A stretch of 64,000 bases of DNA from an uncultured Candidatus Saccharibacteria bacterium (GCA_964538855.1 CAZIEY010000001.1:163059-227058); one strand, 5' to 3'; shown: positions 8,684 through 18,379, numbered from the stretch's first letter. Numbers and translations are program-made. Notes: generated from the letters alone by a model not told the origin.

Positions 8684-10864
8684 ATGCATCCACATTCCCC
8701 TCTCACCGAACATTTTCGCCTCAACGAATCGCAAAAGTTAGCGCTCGAAAAATTGCACATCAAAACGATCGAGGACTTGCTCTACTATTTCCCAACGCGT
8801 TACATCAACAGCGCAACCGTGCATTCGATTGGAACCTTGACCGAGAAAACCGAGGCGACTATTTACGGTACCATCAAGAAAATCAAAACTGGCAAAACGT
8901 GGCGTGGAAAAATGCCAATGGCCGAAGCAATTATTACTGATGGAACCAAAACTGTGCGAGCTATTTGGTTTCACCAACCATACATCGCGAAAATGTTTTT
9001 GGAAGGTGCAACAGTGCGACTCGACGGACGGGTTGGCAGCGCGGACAAAACCGGACGATTTACTCTGACGAATCCAAAAATCGAACATGCCGAGGGTGAG
9101 ATGCCGATCGCACCCGACGATTCCCTGTTCGCAGAAGCCGCCGCAAACCCCGCAAAATTCTACCCCGTCTACCCCGAATCGCGTGGAATAACTTCTAATT
9201 GGATGTATCATGCGATGCAAAAGATTTTTAAAAGCGGTTTGCTCGACATTGCCGCCGATCCAATTCCCACCGAAATTCTCGAGCGCTACAAATTACCAGG
9301 AATTAAAACCGCACTCATCTGGATTCATACCCCGCAAAAAGACAGCGACGCGACCGCGGCACGCAAACGCTTTGCGTTTGAAGAAATTTTTTACATTCAA
9401 ATCAGCAAACGTCTTGAGAAAGAAAAAACAGCACAATTAAAGTCATATGCAATTGCCTCAGACGCCGATGACATGCGTGATTCCAAAATCACAAAATTTA
9501 CTGCGAATTTCCCCTTCGAGATGACAGACTCACAACAACGCGCCATAACAGACGTGCTCGATGATATGCGCAAAGGCACACCAATGTCGCGACTACTCGA
9601 GGGTGATGTTGGGTCCGGAAAAACTGCGGTGGCAGCAACAGCAGTTTTCGCCGCAGTCGAAGCAAACCTACAGGCCGCCTATATGGCACCGACTGAAATT
9701 CTGGCCAAGCAACACTTTGAGAGCTTCATTACCTATTTTGAAAATTCGGCAAAAAAATTCGGATTGCAACGCAACATTGAAATCGGACTTCTCACAAGCA
9801 GTGGCTGTCGAAAATTTCCCTCAAAAATCAACCCTCGAGAATCGACGCCAATTTCACGAGCACAACTCTTGAAATGGGTTGCAGCCGGCCAGATTCCAAT
9901 TGTAATCGGCACACACTCGCTCATTCAAAAAGCGGTTGAATTCAAAAATCTCGCACTCGTCATTATCGATGAGCAACACAGGTTCGGTACGGCGCAGCGA
10001 CAAAAATTGGCGAAAAAAGAAGGTTTCGCACCGCACCTTTTGTCGATGACTGCGACGCCGATTCCGCGCACACTCGCGTTGACCATGTATGGAGACCTCG
10101 ACCTATCACTGCTTGATCAAATGCCCACTGGTCGCAAACCAATTATTACCGAGATCATCACACCGAAACGGCGCGCATACGTGTATGAAAAAATCCGAGC
10201 TGAAATAGCTGCTGGGCGCCAAGCCTATGTTATTTGCCCTCGCATCAACGAACCAGACCCAGAAAAAGAATTCGCGATTTTAGCGAAATCTGTTGCAGCC
10301 GAAGCAACCCGTTTGCGACGTGAAGTTTTCCCAGGCCTCGTCATTGCCGAGATGCACAGCAAGATGACACCGAACGAAAAAGACGACACTATGGCACGAT
10401 TCGCCGCAGGTGAAATTCATATTTTAGTTTCAACGTCGGTCGTCGAAGTCGGTGTGAACGTACCAAACGCGACCAATATCATTATCGAAGGTGCCGAACG
10501 TTTCGGTCTCGCACAATTACATCAATTACGCGGGCGCGTCGTGCGCAGTAATCATCAAGCCTACTGTTACGTCTTTACTGACTCGCGCAGCGAACAAACG
10601 CTGGCTCGTCTCAAGGCGCTCGTCACAGCACGAAACGGATTTGAATTGGCCGAACATGATTTGAAATTGCGCGGTGCCGGCGAACTTTCCGGCGGCGTCC
10701 AATGGGGTGTGAGTGACCTTGGTATGGAAGCTATCAAAAATATCAAGATGGTTGAAGCAGCACGTAACGAGGCAACTAAAATTGTCGCAGCCGATACAAC
10801 GCTTGCGCACTTCCCGCTTCTCAAAAAGAAAATCGCCCGCATCGGCGAAATTCATTTCGAGTAA
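8684..10864 (+). CDS. recG: ATP-dependent DNA helicase RecG
   Basis: 726 aa. N-terminal wedge/OB domain. Helicase motifs GDVGSGKT, DEQHRFG, and TATPIPRTL. Confidence 0.9.
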   Translation: MHPHSPLTEHFRLNESQKLALEKLHIKTIEDLLYYFPTRYINSATVHSIGTLTEKTEATIYGTIKKIKTGKTWRGKMPMAEAIITDGTKTVRAIWFHQPYIAKMFLEGATVRLDGRVGSADKTGRFTLTNPKIEHAEGEMPIAPDDSLFAEAAANPAKFYPVYPESRGITSNWMYHAMQKIFKSGLLDIAADPIPTEILERYKLPGIKTALIWIHTPQKDSDATAARKRFAFEEIFYIQISKRLEKEKTAQLKSYAIASDADDMRDSKITKFTANFPFEMTDSQQRAITDVLDDMRKGTPMSRLLEGDVGSGKTAVAATAVFAAVEANLQAAYMAPTEILAKQHFESFITYFENSAKKFGLQRNIEIGLLTSSGCRKFPSKINPRESTPISRAQLLKWVAAGQIPIVIGTHSLIQKAVEFKNLALVIIDEQHRFGTAQRQKLAKKEGFAPHLLSMTATPIPRTLALTMYGDLDLSLLDQMPTGRKPIITEIITPKRRAYVYEKIRAEIAAGRQAYVICPRINEPDPEKEFAILAKSVAAEATRLRREVFPGLVIAEMHSKMTPNEKDDTMARFAAGEIHILVSTSVVEVGVNVPNATNIIIEGAERFGLAQLHQLRGRVVRSNHQAYCYVFTDSRSEQTLARLKALVTARNGFELAEHDLKLRGAGELSGGVQWGVSDLGMEAIKNIKMVEAARNEATKIVAADTTLAHFPLLKKKIARIGEIHFE

Positions 10865-10874
10865 ATACAAAACT

Positions 10875-12713
10875 TTACCAACTTCCACCGCCTCCCCCTC
10901 CGCCACCTCCGCCAGAAGAACCCCCGCCGCCACTACCGCCAGGTGTAGAAGTTAAAGATATCTCGGCGTTTGCGCTAAAAGATGAAAGCGAACTATAAAA
11001 AATGGATGCGTTAAACATCGAACCCGTAGATCCCGAATACCATTGCGGAGCAACATTATAGATACCATCAAATTCCTTCGCCCAAATTTCAGCGACACCA
11101 AGCACCATAGCGTACGGTAAAAGCTTTTCAAAAAATTCTGGTTTTTTATCTGGTGCATTATGAAATTCGAGACGGCTTTTTTCAGCAATTTGTAAATAAT
11201 CTTTTAATCCCAAAATATATTCTTTAAGAGCGACACCCTTTGGAGTTTTCGCGGGACTAAAATAAGTAACGACCGAAATAATCGCACCGCACAAAATCAG
11301 ACTCAAAATAAATACGTCTGTGTGTGCGGGGAAAAATATACTCCCAATAAGTACTCCGAAGACAAGTGACCCAATTACTATCGCGAAAGCAATACCCACC
11401 ACAGAACCATTGAAGCTTAATCCCCCCTTCATTCTGCCAAGATTTCTATAATATCCTTTCTGAACAAGCGAATTCATCGCCTCCTTCGAAACAGTTTGCG
11501 CGTGCATATAAAATACATCTCGCAACTCTGACAAGAGCACAGATTTTTCTCCAACAGTCCCCACATCTACAGAAGTGTTGTGTGACTTACTCTTAAAAAT
11601 ATTTTTTAGAAATTGGGGCGCGAGCGGAAATGGCGAAGTTTGCATATTAAAGAGCGCATCCAAAAGAGTGCGATCAAACTTGTTGAGAGAATCATCCGCA
11701 TCTTTTAATTTCACTAATTTATAATCAAATTGTTTGATAAGCCAGAGTAATTTCGATTCGACTTGCACAATTTTCAAATAACCTCTCGTTGCCAAGTAAA
11801 TAATTTCGGCTGAAATATCCTTAGAAGTAATTTTCTGCTGAGCAAGCGCTGCTACTTCCATCGGTGTTAAATTATCCGGCACATCATATTGAGGCACTAT
11901 CACACCAGTACCACGCGGATCTCGACCGTACTTTTTCCAATACAAAAAAGACAAGACGAGCACAACAATTGGCAAAAGTATCGAGACAATATATCCCAAA
12001 TACATTGTGATAAAAAGTGACCTTTCATCTGAAGGTGTGTAAGGATGTATAACACCCTTATTAATTCCCGCAGCAATGGTTAAACCTTCCCCACTATGTA
12101 ACTCGCGCGGTGCAACAAAATAAAATTTTTCTCCCTTTTTTTCATACGTACATGTATTTGTAGACCCTATCACACCAAAATAACATGCGGCCTGGGTAGA
12201 AATTGCGTTTGACGGAAATGTAACGACAGCGCTCGAATACAGAATCGGCATATTCCAACCATTCCCCGTCACATCCCAATATATTTCATCAAAATTTTCG
12301 AACTGACCAACCGCTTTTGTTGCGCGATAATAAATATTATAAGTTTTCTGACCAGAAAATACTCGATCTGGATCTCCAATTTTTATTCGAAAATAATCAC
12401 CTTCTCTGAAAGTTGTAAAAATATACGGCTTTCCCACCTCATCAGTCACACGCACGTCGTCGATTTCCATCTTTCTCCCTTGGGATGAGTACAGATAAAT
12501 ATCTCTAAAAATTCCGTGATGTGATTCTGTTCCGGTGTTATAGACAATTGATTCCAAAACATTAACAGAGTTATCGACATGTACAGTGATATCTGCAGTG
12601 TAAGAAACGATATGCTCGTACGACAACGTATCAGTTTGAGCATGTGCTGAACGAGAAAAAACAAACCCAAAGGCAATTACAAATAAAAAGACTCGCCAAA
12701 TTCTCTTACGCAT
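10875..12713 (-). CDS. DUF2207-like membrane protein with C-terminal poly-Gly tail
   Basis: Signal peptide (MRKRIWRVFLFVIAFGFVFSRSAHA), an extracytoplasmic domain, 3-4 TM segments, and a C-terminal GGSGGGGSSGGGGGGGGGGSW tail. Internal Met chosen as start; the ORF runs to 12779. Confidence 0.55.
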   Translation of the reverse strand: MRKRIWRVFLFVIAFGFVFSRSAHAQTDTLSYEHIVSYTADITVHVDNSVNVLESIVYNTGTESHHGIFRDIYLYSSQGRKMEIDDVRVTDEVGKPYIFTTFREGDYFRIKIGDPDRVFSGQKTYNIYYRATKAVGQFENFDEIYWDVTGNGWNMPILYSSAVVTFPSNAISTQAACYFGVIGSTNTCTYEKKGEKFYFVAPRELHSGEGLTIAAGINKGVIHPYTPSDERSLFITMYLGYIVSILLPIVVLVLSFLYWKKYGRDPRGTGVIVPQYDVPDNLTPMEVAALAQQKITSKDISAEIIYLATRGYLKIVQVESKLLWLIKQFDYKLVKLKDADDSLNKFDRTLLDALFNMQTSPFPLAPQFLKNIFKSKSHNTSVDVGTVGEKSVLLSELRDVFYMHAQTVSKEAMNSLVQKGYYRNLGRMKGGLSFNGSVVGIAFAIVIGSLVFGVLIGSIFFPAHTDVFILSLILCGAIISVVTYFSPAKTPKGVALKEYILGLKDYLQIAEKSRLEFHNAPDKKPEFFEKLLPYAMVLGVAEIWAKEFDGIYNVAPQWYSGSTGSMFNASIFYSSLSSFSANAEISLTSTPGGSGGGGSSGGGGGGGGGGSW

Positions 12714-12795
12714 ATAATTACAATTCATTTTACCAGACTTATTCAGGAAAGATACTTCTTTACAGGCCCAACGAAACATAATAGAATCAGCGTAT

Positions 12796-12871
12796 TGCGC
12801 GTGTAGCTCAGTTGGTAGAGCGGTCGACTTATACTCGATTGGTCCCAGGTTCGAGTCCTGGCATGCGCACC
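12796..12871 (+). tRNA. tRNA with anticodon UAU (tRNA-Ile2-type, decoding AUA), CCA encoded
   Basis: 76 nt. Acceptor GCGCGTG/CATGCGC. D-arm GCTC-AGTTGGTA-GAGC. Anticodon stem GTCGA/TCGAT with loop CTTATAC. T-arm CCAGG-TTCGAGT-CCTGG. Followed by ACCA. Confidence 0.75.
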
Positions 12872-12897
12872 AATAAAAGATTTGCTACAATACACAC

Positions 12898-13800
12898 ATG
12901 AAAGAAGGTATCAACGAATCAAATTTATTACCACCAGACGCCCACGTCGAATTTCAAGGTCAGGGTGAAGATTCAGACGACTTCCCAAGACGGGTCGAGC
13001 AACCCTTCTTAGAACTTAACATGTGCGAACCTCAGGAAAAAGAGATTCACCCCATTTCAGCACTTCGCAAAAAACTCGATGATGTAAAAATAAGGACCGC
13101 ACAAAAAATCTTTGAGCTCAGAGCAGCGGAAGTACGTAAAGATCCCGCATCGGAAGCACAATTACGTGATGAAATACATAAACTCAGTACTGAGCATGAT
13201 GCGATACAGGATGATTTAGCTAAATTAGTGGCGCAAGCTCAGAAAGAATTAGATCGGCACGCAGGAGAACCTGGCACGGACGAAAAAACAAAAACAGGTC
13301 CAGAGAATGTATTCGCGACTTTGCCGACAGAACGCATAGTCGCTATTCGCGACATAGTAGAAGAAATCCCGCAATTGCGTACGCTCTACTCCTCATACAG
13401 AAATCATGCGAAAACACTACAGAAATCCCCTCTCCGTAGTAACTTATTTGCCCAAGTAGAAGCAACCCTTAGAAGAGGTACCCAAGAAGATATTGAGCGA
13501 GCCGAACTCATGCTGTACGAGGGAGATGACATCGAAATTAATCCTCAGAGCGTCTCAGGACTCAAACCAATAATCAACTCTATACCAAATTTAAAAACGT
13601 TACAGGATAAAATCCATCATGAACTAATTACAAGTAAACAGAAAACTGGGTTGGCGCGATTATTTAGTGGAAAGGTAGCCATTACTAATATTGAACTCGT
13701 CACATCTCTCATCGCACATTTACGTGCGCAACAAGATCGCAGATCGAAAGCACTTCTGAAAATACTATCCTACTATTCTCAAAAACAAAAACCTCGATAA
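12898..13800 (+). CDS. Hypothetical acidic coiled-coil protein
   Basis: 300-aa ORF directly downstream of the tRNA. No TM segment and no recognisable motifs. Confidence 0.5.
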   Translation: MKEGINESNLLPPDAHVEFQGQGEDSDDFPRRVEQPFLELNMCEPQEKEIHPISALRKKLDDVKIRTAQKIFELRAAEVRKDPASEAQLRDEIHKLSTEHDAIQDDLAKLVAQAQKELDRHAGEPGTDEKTKTGPENVFATLPTERIVAIRDIVEEIPQLRTLYSSYRNHAKTLQKSPLRSNLFAQVEATLRRGTQEDIERAELMLYEGDDIEINPQSVSGLKPIINSIPNLKTLQDKIHHELITSKQKTGLARLFSGKVAITNIELVTSLIAHLRAQQDRRSKALLKILSYYSQKQKPR

Positions 13801-13806
13801 GTACCC

Positions 13807-14211
13807 TTGATACAGAGTAGCGCAATTTGCTATGATTATACTATGACACCAGAAACACCAGGAGGTCCTAACGGATCAGAAATAGACAAGGATCTCGATA
13901 TGGAATTACGAGAAGCACAAGAAACATTAGCAGAAAAAAACAAGGAACTAATAGGTTTATTGGATGGCGGCAGATTACTTGAGATTCTCAGACGTATGTG
14001 GTATCGCGACGATTCAAATGCAGTTACAAGACAACACATGGGTATGGAAAAGCCAATGGCAGATGTTATTCTCGCCATCTGCGATACTGTCAGAAAAAAT
14101 GGTGATGTAGCTCTATTCAATGAACTTAGCGGAATAATCACAGAAGAAAGTCGTGCCGAAAGAGAATCGAAAGAAAAATTTGCACCGACAACAGAAATCG
14201 ACCCAGCATAA
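13807..14211 (+). CDS. Hypothetical acidic protein
   Basis: 134-aa ORF co-directional with the previous gene; start uncertain. Confidence 0.4.
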   Translation: MIQSSAICYDYTMTPETPGGPNGSEIDKDLDMELREAQETLAEKNKELIGLLDGGRLLEILRRMWYRDDSNAVTRQHMGMEKPMADVILAICDTVRKNGDVALFNELSGIITEESRAERESKEKFAPTTEIDPA

Positions 14212-14339
14212 CCACAATAAAACTCGACTTGGATGGCTCTGCTGAGTTTGGAAAATTGCGAACGACTTTTGGCGTAGGAGTATATAAACCATACTGATTA
14301 TAATCTCACACCGACTACCCCTTACGGCAACGCGCCATA

Positions 14340-16292
14340 TTACAACGCCTCCTTCTTCACCGGATGTGCAACTTTAATACCATGTGCAGCGAGCAACGCT
14401 TCGTAGTCTTCGCGTTCAATCGTTTCGACGTCGAGAAGGCGTTGCGCCAAAATTTCGAGGACTTTGCGATTTTCAGTGAGGATTTTTTCTGCGCGGGCAC
14501 GGGCTTCGGTCATGATGCGAGACACTTCGGCGTCGATTTTCGTTGAGACAGATTCAGAATATTCTTGACCTTCGATGCCACCGCGTCCGAATAATGTGCG
14601 GCCACTTCCCTCGAGGGCGATTGGTCCGAATGCGTCTGACATTCCATAACGTGTGACCATATCACGAGCAAGCGCTGTTGAAACTTGTAAATCATTGGAA
14701 GGTCCAGTCGTTACATCTCCGAATATCATTTGTTCAGTCACATAACCACCGAGTGACATTGCGAGGTCGTCGAGAAATGCTTTGCGAGATTGCAATTTGC
14801 GTTCTTCGTTTGGCAATTTCATTGTGTAACCACCCGCATGACCGCGCGCGATGATAGAAATTTTGTGCACAGGATCCGCGTCAGGCAAAATTGATGCAAC
14901 GAGTGCATGCCCCGCTTCGTGATATGCAGTAATTTCGCGTTCTTTTTTCGAGAGCAAGTGATTTCGGCGCTCAGGACCGAGCATGACTTTTTCAATCGAA
15001 CGAATCAAATCGAATTGTGCAACAGTTTTTCGATTTTCACGCGCTGCCAAAATTGCAGCTTCGTTCACAAGAGAATATAAATCCGCACCAGAAAATCCTG
15101 GAGTTCGTTGTGCGATAACTTCGAAATTCACGTCTTCAGCGAGCGGTTTGTTTTTCGCCTGCACTTTCAAAATCGCCTCGCGGTCTTTGCGGTCTGGCAA
15201 ATCAATAGTGACACGCCGATCGAATCGGCCTGGTCGCAAAATTGCAGGATCCAAAACGTCTGGACGGTTTGTCGCTGCCATCACAATCACCTTCTCATTC
15301 GGATTAAATCCATCCATCTCCACCAAAATTTGGTTAAGTGTCTGCTCGCGCTCGTCATTCCCTCCACCCGTACCGACACCGCGCGCTCGTCCCACAGCAT
15401 CAATTTCGTCGATAAAAATAATTGCGGGCGCCGCAGCTTTTGCAATTTTAAACAAGTCACGCACACGAGATGCACCAACACCCACAAACATTTCTACGAA
15501 TTCAGAACCAGAAACCGAGAAAAAGTTCACACCCGCCTCGCCCGCTGTTGCACGCGCAAGAAGTGTTTTTCCAGTACCTGGTGAACCCATAAGCAAAATT
15601 CCCTTTGGAATTTGCGCACCGATGTCGATAAACTTTTTCGGATTTTTGAGGAAGTCTACAATTTCCATCAATTCCTGTTTTGCTTCTTCATTACCAGCGA
15701 CGTCTTTGAATGTAACTTTTTTCTTGTCGCTTGGATTAAAGAGGCGCGCATTAGCTTGGCCGAATGTGAAAGCTTGCATGCCGGCACCTTTTACTTGGCG
15801 AGATAAATACCAAATAATGATTCCAATCAAAAGAATTGGGAAAATAAACGGAGCGCTGACCGCGAGCCAGTAGCCAAACCCAGACGGATTTTGAATGTCG
15901 ATTTTAATTGGAGCAAGTTCCGTCGCAGTAATTCCGTAATTCGACAATGTTTCAGACAATGCTGCATCACTTTCTTTTTGAGTTGTCTTTGTGGCTTCGG
16001 TCGGGGTACCCTTTTCATACACCACATTAATTTGATCGCCCGACACCGCGATTTCAGAAACTTTACCCGCGCGAATATCAGCGGCTAATTGCGAGAGCGC
16101 AATCTCTTCGACATTTTTCTTTTGCTCTGCCACAAATGTGTAGAGGAAAATAATCATAATGATAATCAAAAATGTTGTGCTAAGATTTGCAAAAAATCCC
16201 GCCGGCTTTTTTGAGTTGTGCGACTTTTTCATTTTGTGCTGCGGAGCCTGATGTGGCGCCCCACCTGGTGGCGTCTGATTGTGTTTGGTCAT
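14340..16292 (-). CDS. ftsH: ATP-dependent zinc metalloprotease FtsH
   Basis: 650 aa. Two N-terminal TM segments, Walker A ([13 protein letters not shown]), the SRH region, and the HEAGHAL zinc site. Confidence 0.95.
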   Translation of the reverse strand: MTKHNQTPPGGAPHQAPQHKMKKSHNSKKPAGFFANLSTTFLIIIMIIFLYTFVAEQKKNVEEIALSQLAADIRAGKVSEIAVSGDQINVVYEKGTPTEATKTTQKESDAALSETLSNYGITATELAPIKIDIQNPSGFGYWLAVSAPFIFPILLIGIIIWYLSRQVKGAGMQAFTFGQANARLFNPSDKKKVTFKDVAGNEEAKQELMEIVDFLKNPKKFIDIGAQIPKGILLMGSPGTGKTLLARATAGEAGVNFFSVSGSEFVEMFVGVGASRVRDLFKIAKAAAPAIIFIDEIDAVGRARGVGTGGGNDEREQTLNQILVEMDGFNPNEKVIVMAATNRPDVLDPAILRPGRFDRRVTIDLPDRKDREAILKVQAKNKPLAEDVNFEVIAQRTPGFSGADLYSLVNEAAILAARENRKTVAQFDLIRSIEKVMLGPERRNHLLSKKEREITAYHEAGHALVASILPDADPVHKISIIARGHAGGYTMKLPNEERKLQSRKAFLDDLAMSLGGYVTEQMIFGDVTTGPSNDLQVSTALARDMVTRYGMSDAFGPIALEGSGRTLFGRGGIEGQEYSESVSTKIDAEVSRIMTEARARAEKILTENRKVLEILAQRLLDVETIEREDYEALLAAHGIKVAHPVKKEAL

Positions 16293-16403
16293 GATGCATA
16301 TTATACATAAAAATCGGGCAGAATCGAATACGTAAATGTCTTTACTTTTTCGTGCACTGAATATAGTCTAATACTCGGATCAACATCCAGAAAGGAGTAC
16401 GTC

Positions 16404-16757
16404 ATGGCATTTCTGCAATGTATGAAGAGAGCCTTTTGCATTGTTGCCACAGTGTGCGCGTTACACATACCAATTGTATACACACCTATATACACTGGGT
16501 CGCGGCGCAGAAAGTCAAAATATTCCGCAGTCGTCGCAAACCGATCGAAACACGGCATCTGCCAAATTAATGACTTAATGGAAGCTATCATCGAAGCTCA
16601 TCAGCTATCTAAAATTTTTGATGCAATAAGCGCCACACCATATACACAAAGGTGCTTCACGATACCCAAAATGGAGGAGCCTCGAGCAAATCGCCCGTAC
16701 CTTCCATGGAAGCACAAGAAGAGACACTGGAATCCAAAGACCGTAGATCAAGTATGA
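16404..16757 (+). CDS. Hypothetical small protein (uncertain)
   Basis: 117-aa ORF with AAAGGAG 7 nt upstream of the ATG and a hairpin plus T-run after it. Composition is atypical and overlapping ORFs exist on the other strand. Confidence 0.3.
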   Translation: MAFLQCMKRAFCIVATVCALHIPIVYTPIYTGSRRRKSKYSAVVANRSKHGICQINDLMEAIIEAHQLSKIFDAISATPYTQRCFTIPKMEEPRANRPYLPWKHKKRHWNPKTVDQV

Positions 16758-16920
16758 GCACCCTAAACACACAAAATGCGGGGTGCTTTTTAATTTTGAC
16801 ATTGTCTAACTATTGACTTTTTATAAAATATCGGCAGAATACGCATCGGATAAGAAGGCTCATTATTTGTATGATGAGGCCTTTCTCACCATTCACCCTA
16901 AACCCCGAAGGAATAATCAG

Positions 16921-17252
16921 TGAAGAAACCTGACCCGATACCGACCCGCATCCGACTGACGGTGGAAGGAAACGACATCTTGATCCATGACCCAGGCGAC
17001 AAAGATATCGACCAATTGAAACCTCAGGCCGGTGTTCATGATGTGTGTACAGGGATAATGAAATGGATCGAGAACACATCCTCCGTGCAACACGCGCTGC
17101 TTTGCACCCGATGTGGTCTGCGATTCGCATTTCCCAGATCTATCCTTACCTTCAGCGGATTGAAGAAGTGGGTTGATGCAGAAGCCCTTGCCGGAGTTGA
17201 GTCAACTGTACGCCTCGACAGGAAGTCTCTTCGTGGCGAGGAACAAGGGTGA
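16921..17252 (+). CDS. Hypothetical GC-rich small protein (GTG start)
   Basis: 110 aa, about 52% GC against the 38% background. Preceded by the C-rich leader aaaccccgaaggaa and followed by a canonical terminator. Confidence 0.35.
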
Positions 17253-17295
17253 CGAAGTAAGTCGAACACAATGCCAGTGTGAAACACCCCGAGGA

Positions 17296-17336
17296 GAGGA
17301 TCCCGGGGTGTTGTTTATTTCACCTACTAGCAAACA
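17296..17336 (+). terminator. Rho-independent terminator
   Basis: 9-bp stem aacaccccg/cggggtgtt followed by gtttatttc. Confidence 0.6.
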
Positions 17337-17354
17337 TCTGGTACGATATACCCA

Positions 17355-17804
17355 ATGACAAACTTGATCGAAAATCGCAAAGCAGGATTCAACTATGAAC
17401 TCGGAGACAAATACGAGGCTGGTATTGAATTGACTGGGCACGAAACGAAATCAATCAAAGCAGGCCGTGGAAATATGACCGGCTCTTTTATTGTGATTCG
17501 TGGTGGCGAGGCGTTTATTTCAGGACTCGAAATTACATCGTTTCAAGCAAACAACTCCCCAATCGATTTCGAACCGCGACGCATGCGCCGGCTGTTGCTC
17601 AAAAAAAGCGATATTTCAAAGCTCCAAATGGCGGAGCAACGCGACCGTTTGACACTCATCCCACTTTCGTTGTATAATAAGGGTAAGTTCGTGAAGCTAT
17701 CCTTTGCGGTAGCTCGCGGAAAAAAGAAGTCCGATAAGCGCGAATCCATTCGCCGCCGCGAAGACAACCGCGACATCGAACGCACCTTGAAATCACGTCG
17801 ATAA
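17355..17804 (+). CDS. smpB: SsrA-binding protein SmpB
   Basis: 149 aa. IENRKA..Y...YEAGIEL.G.E.KS motif family. Lys/Arg-rich C-terminal tail. Adjacent to the tmRNA. Confidence 0.9.
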   Translation: MTNLIENRKAGFNYELGDKYEAGIELTGHETKSIKAGRGNMTGSFIVIRGGEAFISGLEITSFQANNSPIDFEPRRMRRLLLKKSDISKLQMAEQRDRLTLIPLSLYNKGKFVKLSFAVARGKKKSDKRESIRRREDNRDIERTLKSRR

Positions 17805-17825
17805 TATATTCGGTCATTCACTGAA

Positions 17826-17950
17826 AAATATCGAATAAGTCAAAAGACCTGACGCATACTTTTTGAGTCTGGGTCCTCGCTCCAGGCATTGTCGCTGCGG
17901 AGGCCTCAAAAAGCACGCGTCATGTCTTTTATTAAACTTATTCGATATTT
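17826..17950. other. 125-bp nested imperfect palindrome (cruciform-capable hairpin) between smpB and ssrA
   Basis: Outer arms aaatatcgaataagt...acttattcgatattt (15 bp) plus caaaagac/gtctttt. Inner pairs tgacgc/gcgtca, ctttttgag/ctcaaaaag, and ctgg/ccag. Confidence 0.5.
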
Positions 17951-17954
17951 CTCA

Positions 17955-18326
17955 GGGGATGATCGGCTTCGATATACAATCGCCAATATATGTGCAGAAT
18001 AGAGCTCGAGTAACTCTTAAAAAGGCTCGAAACTACAAATGCAAAATCTGTCGTAAGCCCTTACTTTAAGGCAAACAAACTAGCATTCGCGTTCGCGTAA
18101 GCCAACACGACATCCGCGTATCTTACACCTGATACGATAAGGCGGGTGTTACCCCATCAGGTTAGGTGAAGTACACGCTCTTTGTACTTTTCCGAAACTC
18201 AAGGAGATCGGTCGCGCAACATTTCGTTCGCTCTAAGGTGCACGATCCAGAACAAAAAGCGTACTAGATTCTGTAGACTCATATATTGTCCTTGCATACA
18301 CGCGGGTTCGATTCCCGCCATCTCCA
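17955..18326 (+). ncRNA. ssrA: tmRNA (ssrA), one-piece; predicted tag ANKLAFAFA
   Basis: 5' end GGGGATGATCGGCTTCGA resembles the tmRNA 5' consensus. 3' T-arm GCGGG-TTCGATT-CCCGC and acceptor CATCTCC pair with 5' GGGGATG, including a G3-U70 pair. Resume codon GCA at 18071 and TAA at 18098 give the frame GCA AAC AAA CTA GCA TTC GCG TTC GCG. Confidence 0.8.
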
Positions 18327-18379
18327 CATTAAAAAGAAAATCACCCAACATTGGGTGATTTTCTTTTTAATGTGGAGAT
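18320..18379. repeat. Perfect inverted repeat with 29-bp arms and a 2-nt centre, overlapping the last nucleotides of ssrA
   Basis: atctccacattaaaaagaaaatcacccaa-ca-ttgggtgattttctttttaatgtggagat, verified base by base. Confidence 0.85.

Noticed and set aside
8738-9220. 160-aa minus-strand ORF inside recG, and similar ORFs at 9397-9689 and 9733-10036
   Set aside because: It overlaps the recG coding sequence on the opposite strand. There are no motifs and the region is GC-skewed.
10875-10960. G/C-rich simple repeat (ccgcc/ccacc runs) as a possible non-coding repeat or CRISPR-like array
   Set aside because: It encodes the poly-Gly C-terminal tail of the DUF2207 protein. It has no regular spacer-repeat periodicity. 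No CRISPR array was found anywhere in the window.
14983-15873. 296-aa plus-strand ORF and other antisense ORFs inside ftsH
   Set aside because: It is antisense to a strongly supported ftsH CDS. It has a low-complexity Ser/Arg/Ala-rich translation typical of a spurious reverse frame.
16796-16841. Possible sigma70 promoter (TTGACA at 16796-16801, TTGACT at 16813-16818) upstream of the 16921 ORF
   Set aside because: No -10 hexamer with acceptable spacing (16-18 nt) and at least 4/6 match could be placed by eye, so it is not reported as a feature.
17863-18069. 68-aa ORF on the plus strand, plus other short ORFs between 17800 and 18350
   Set aside because: It lies entirely within the tmRNA gene and the upstream palindrome, so the RNA-gene interpretation explains the region better.
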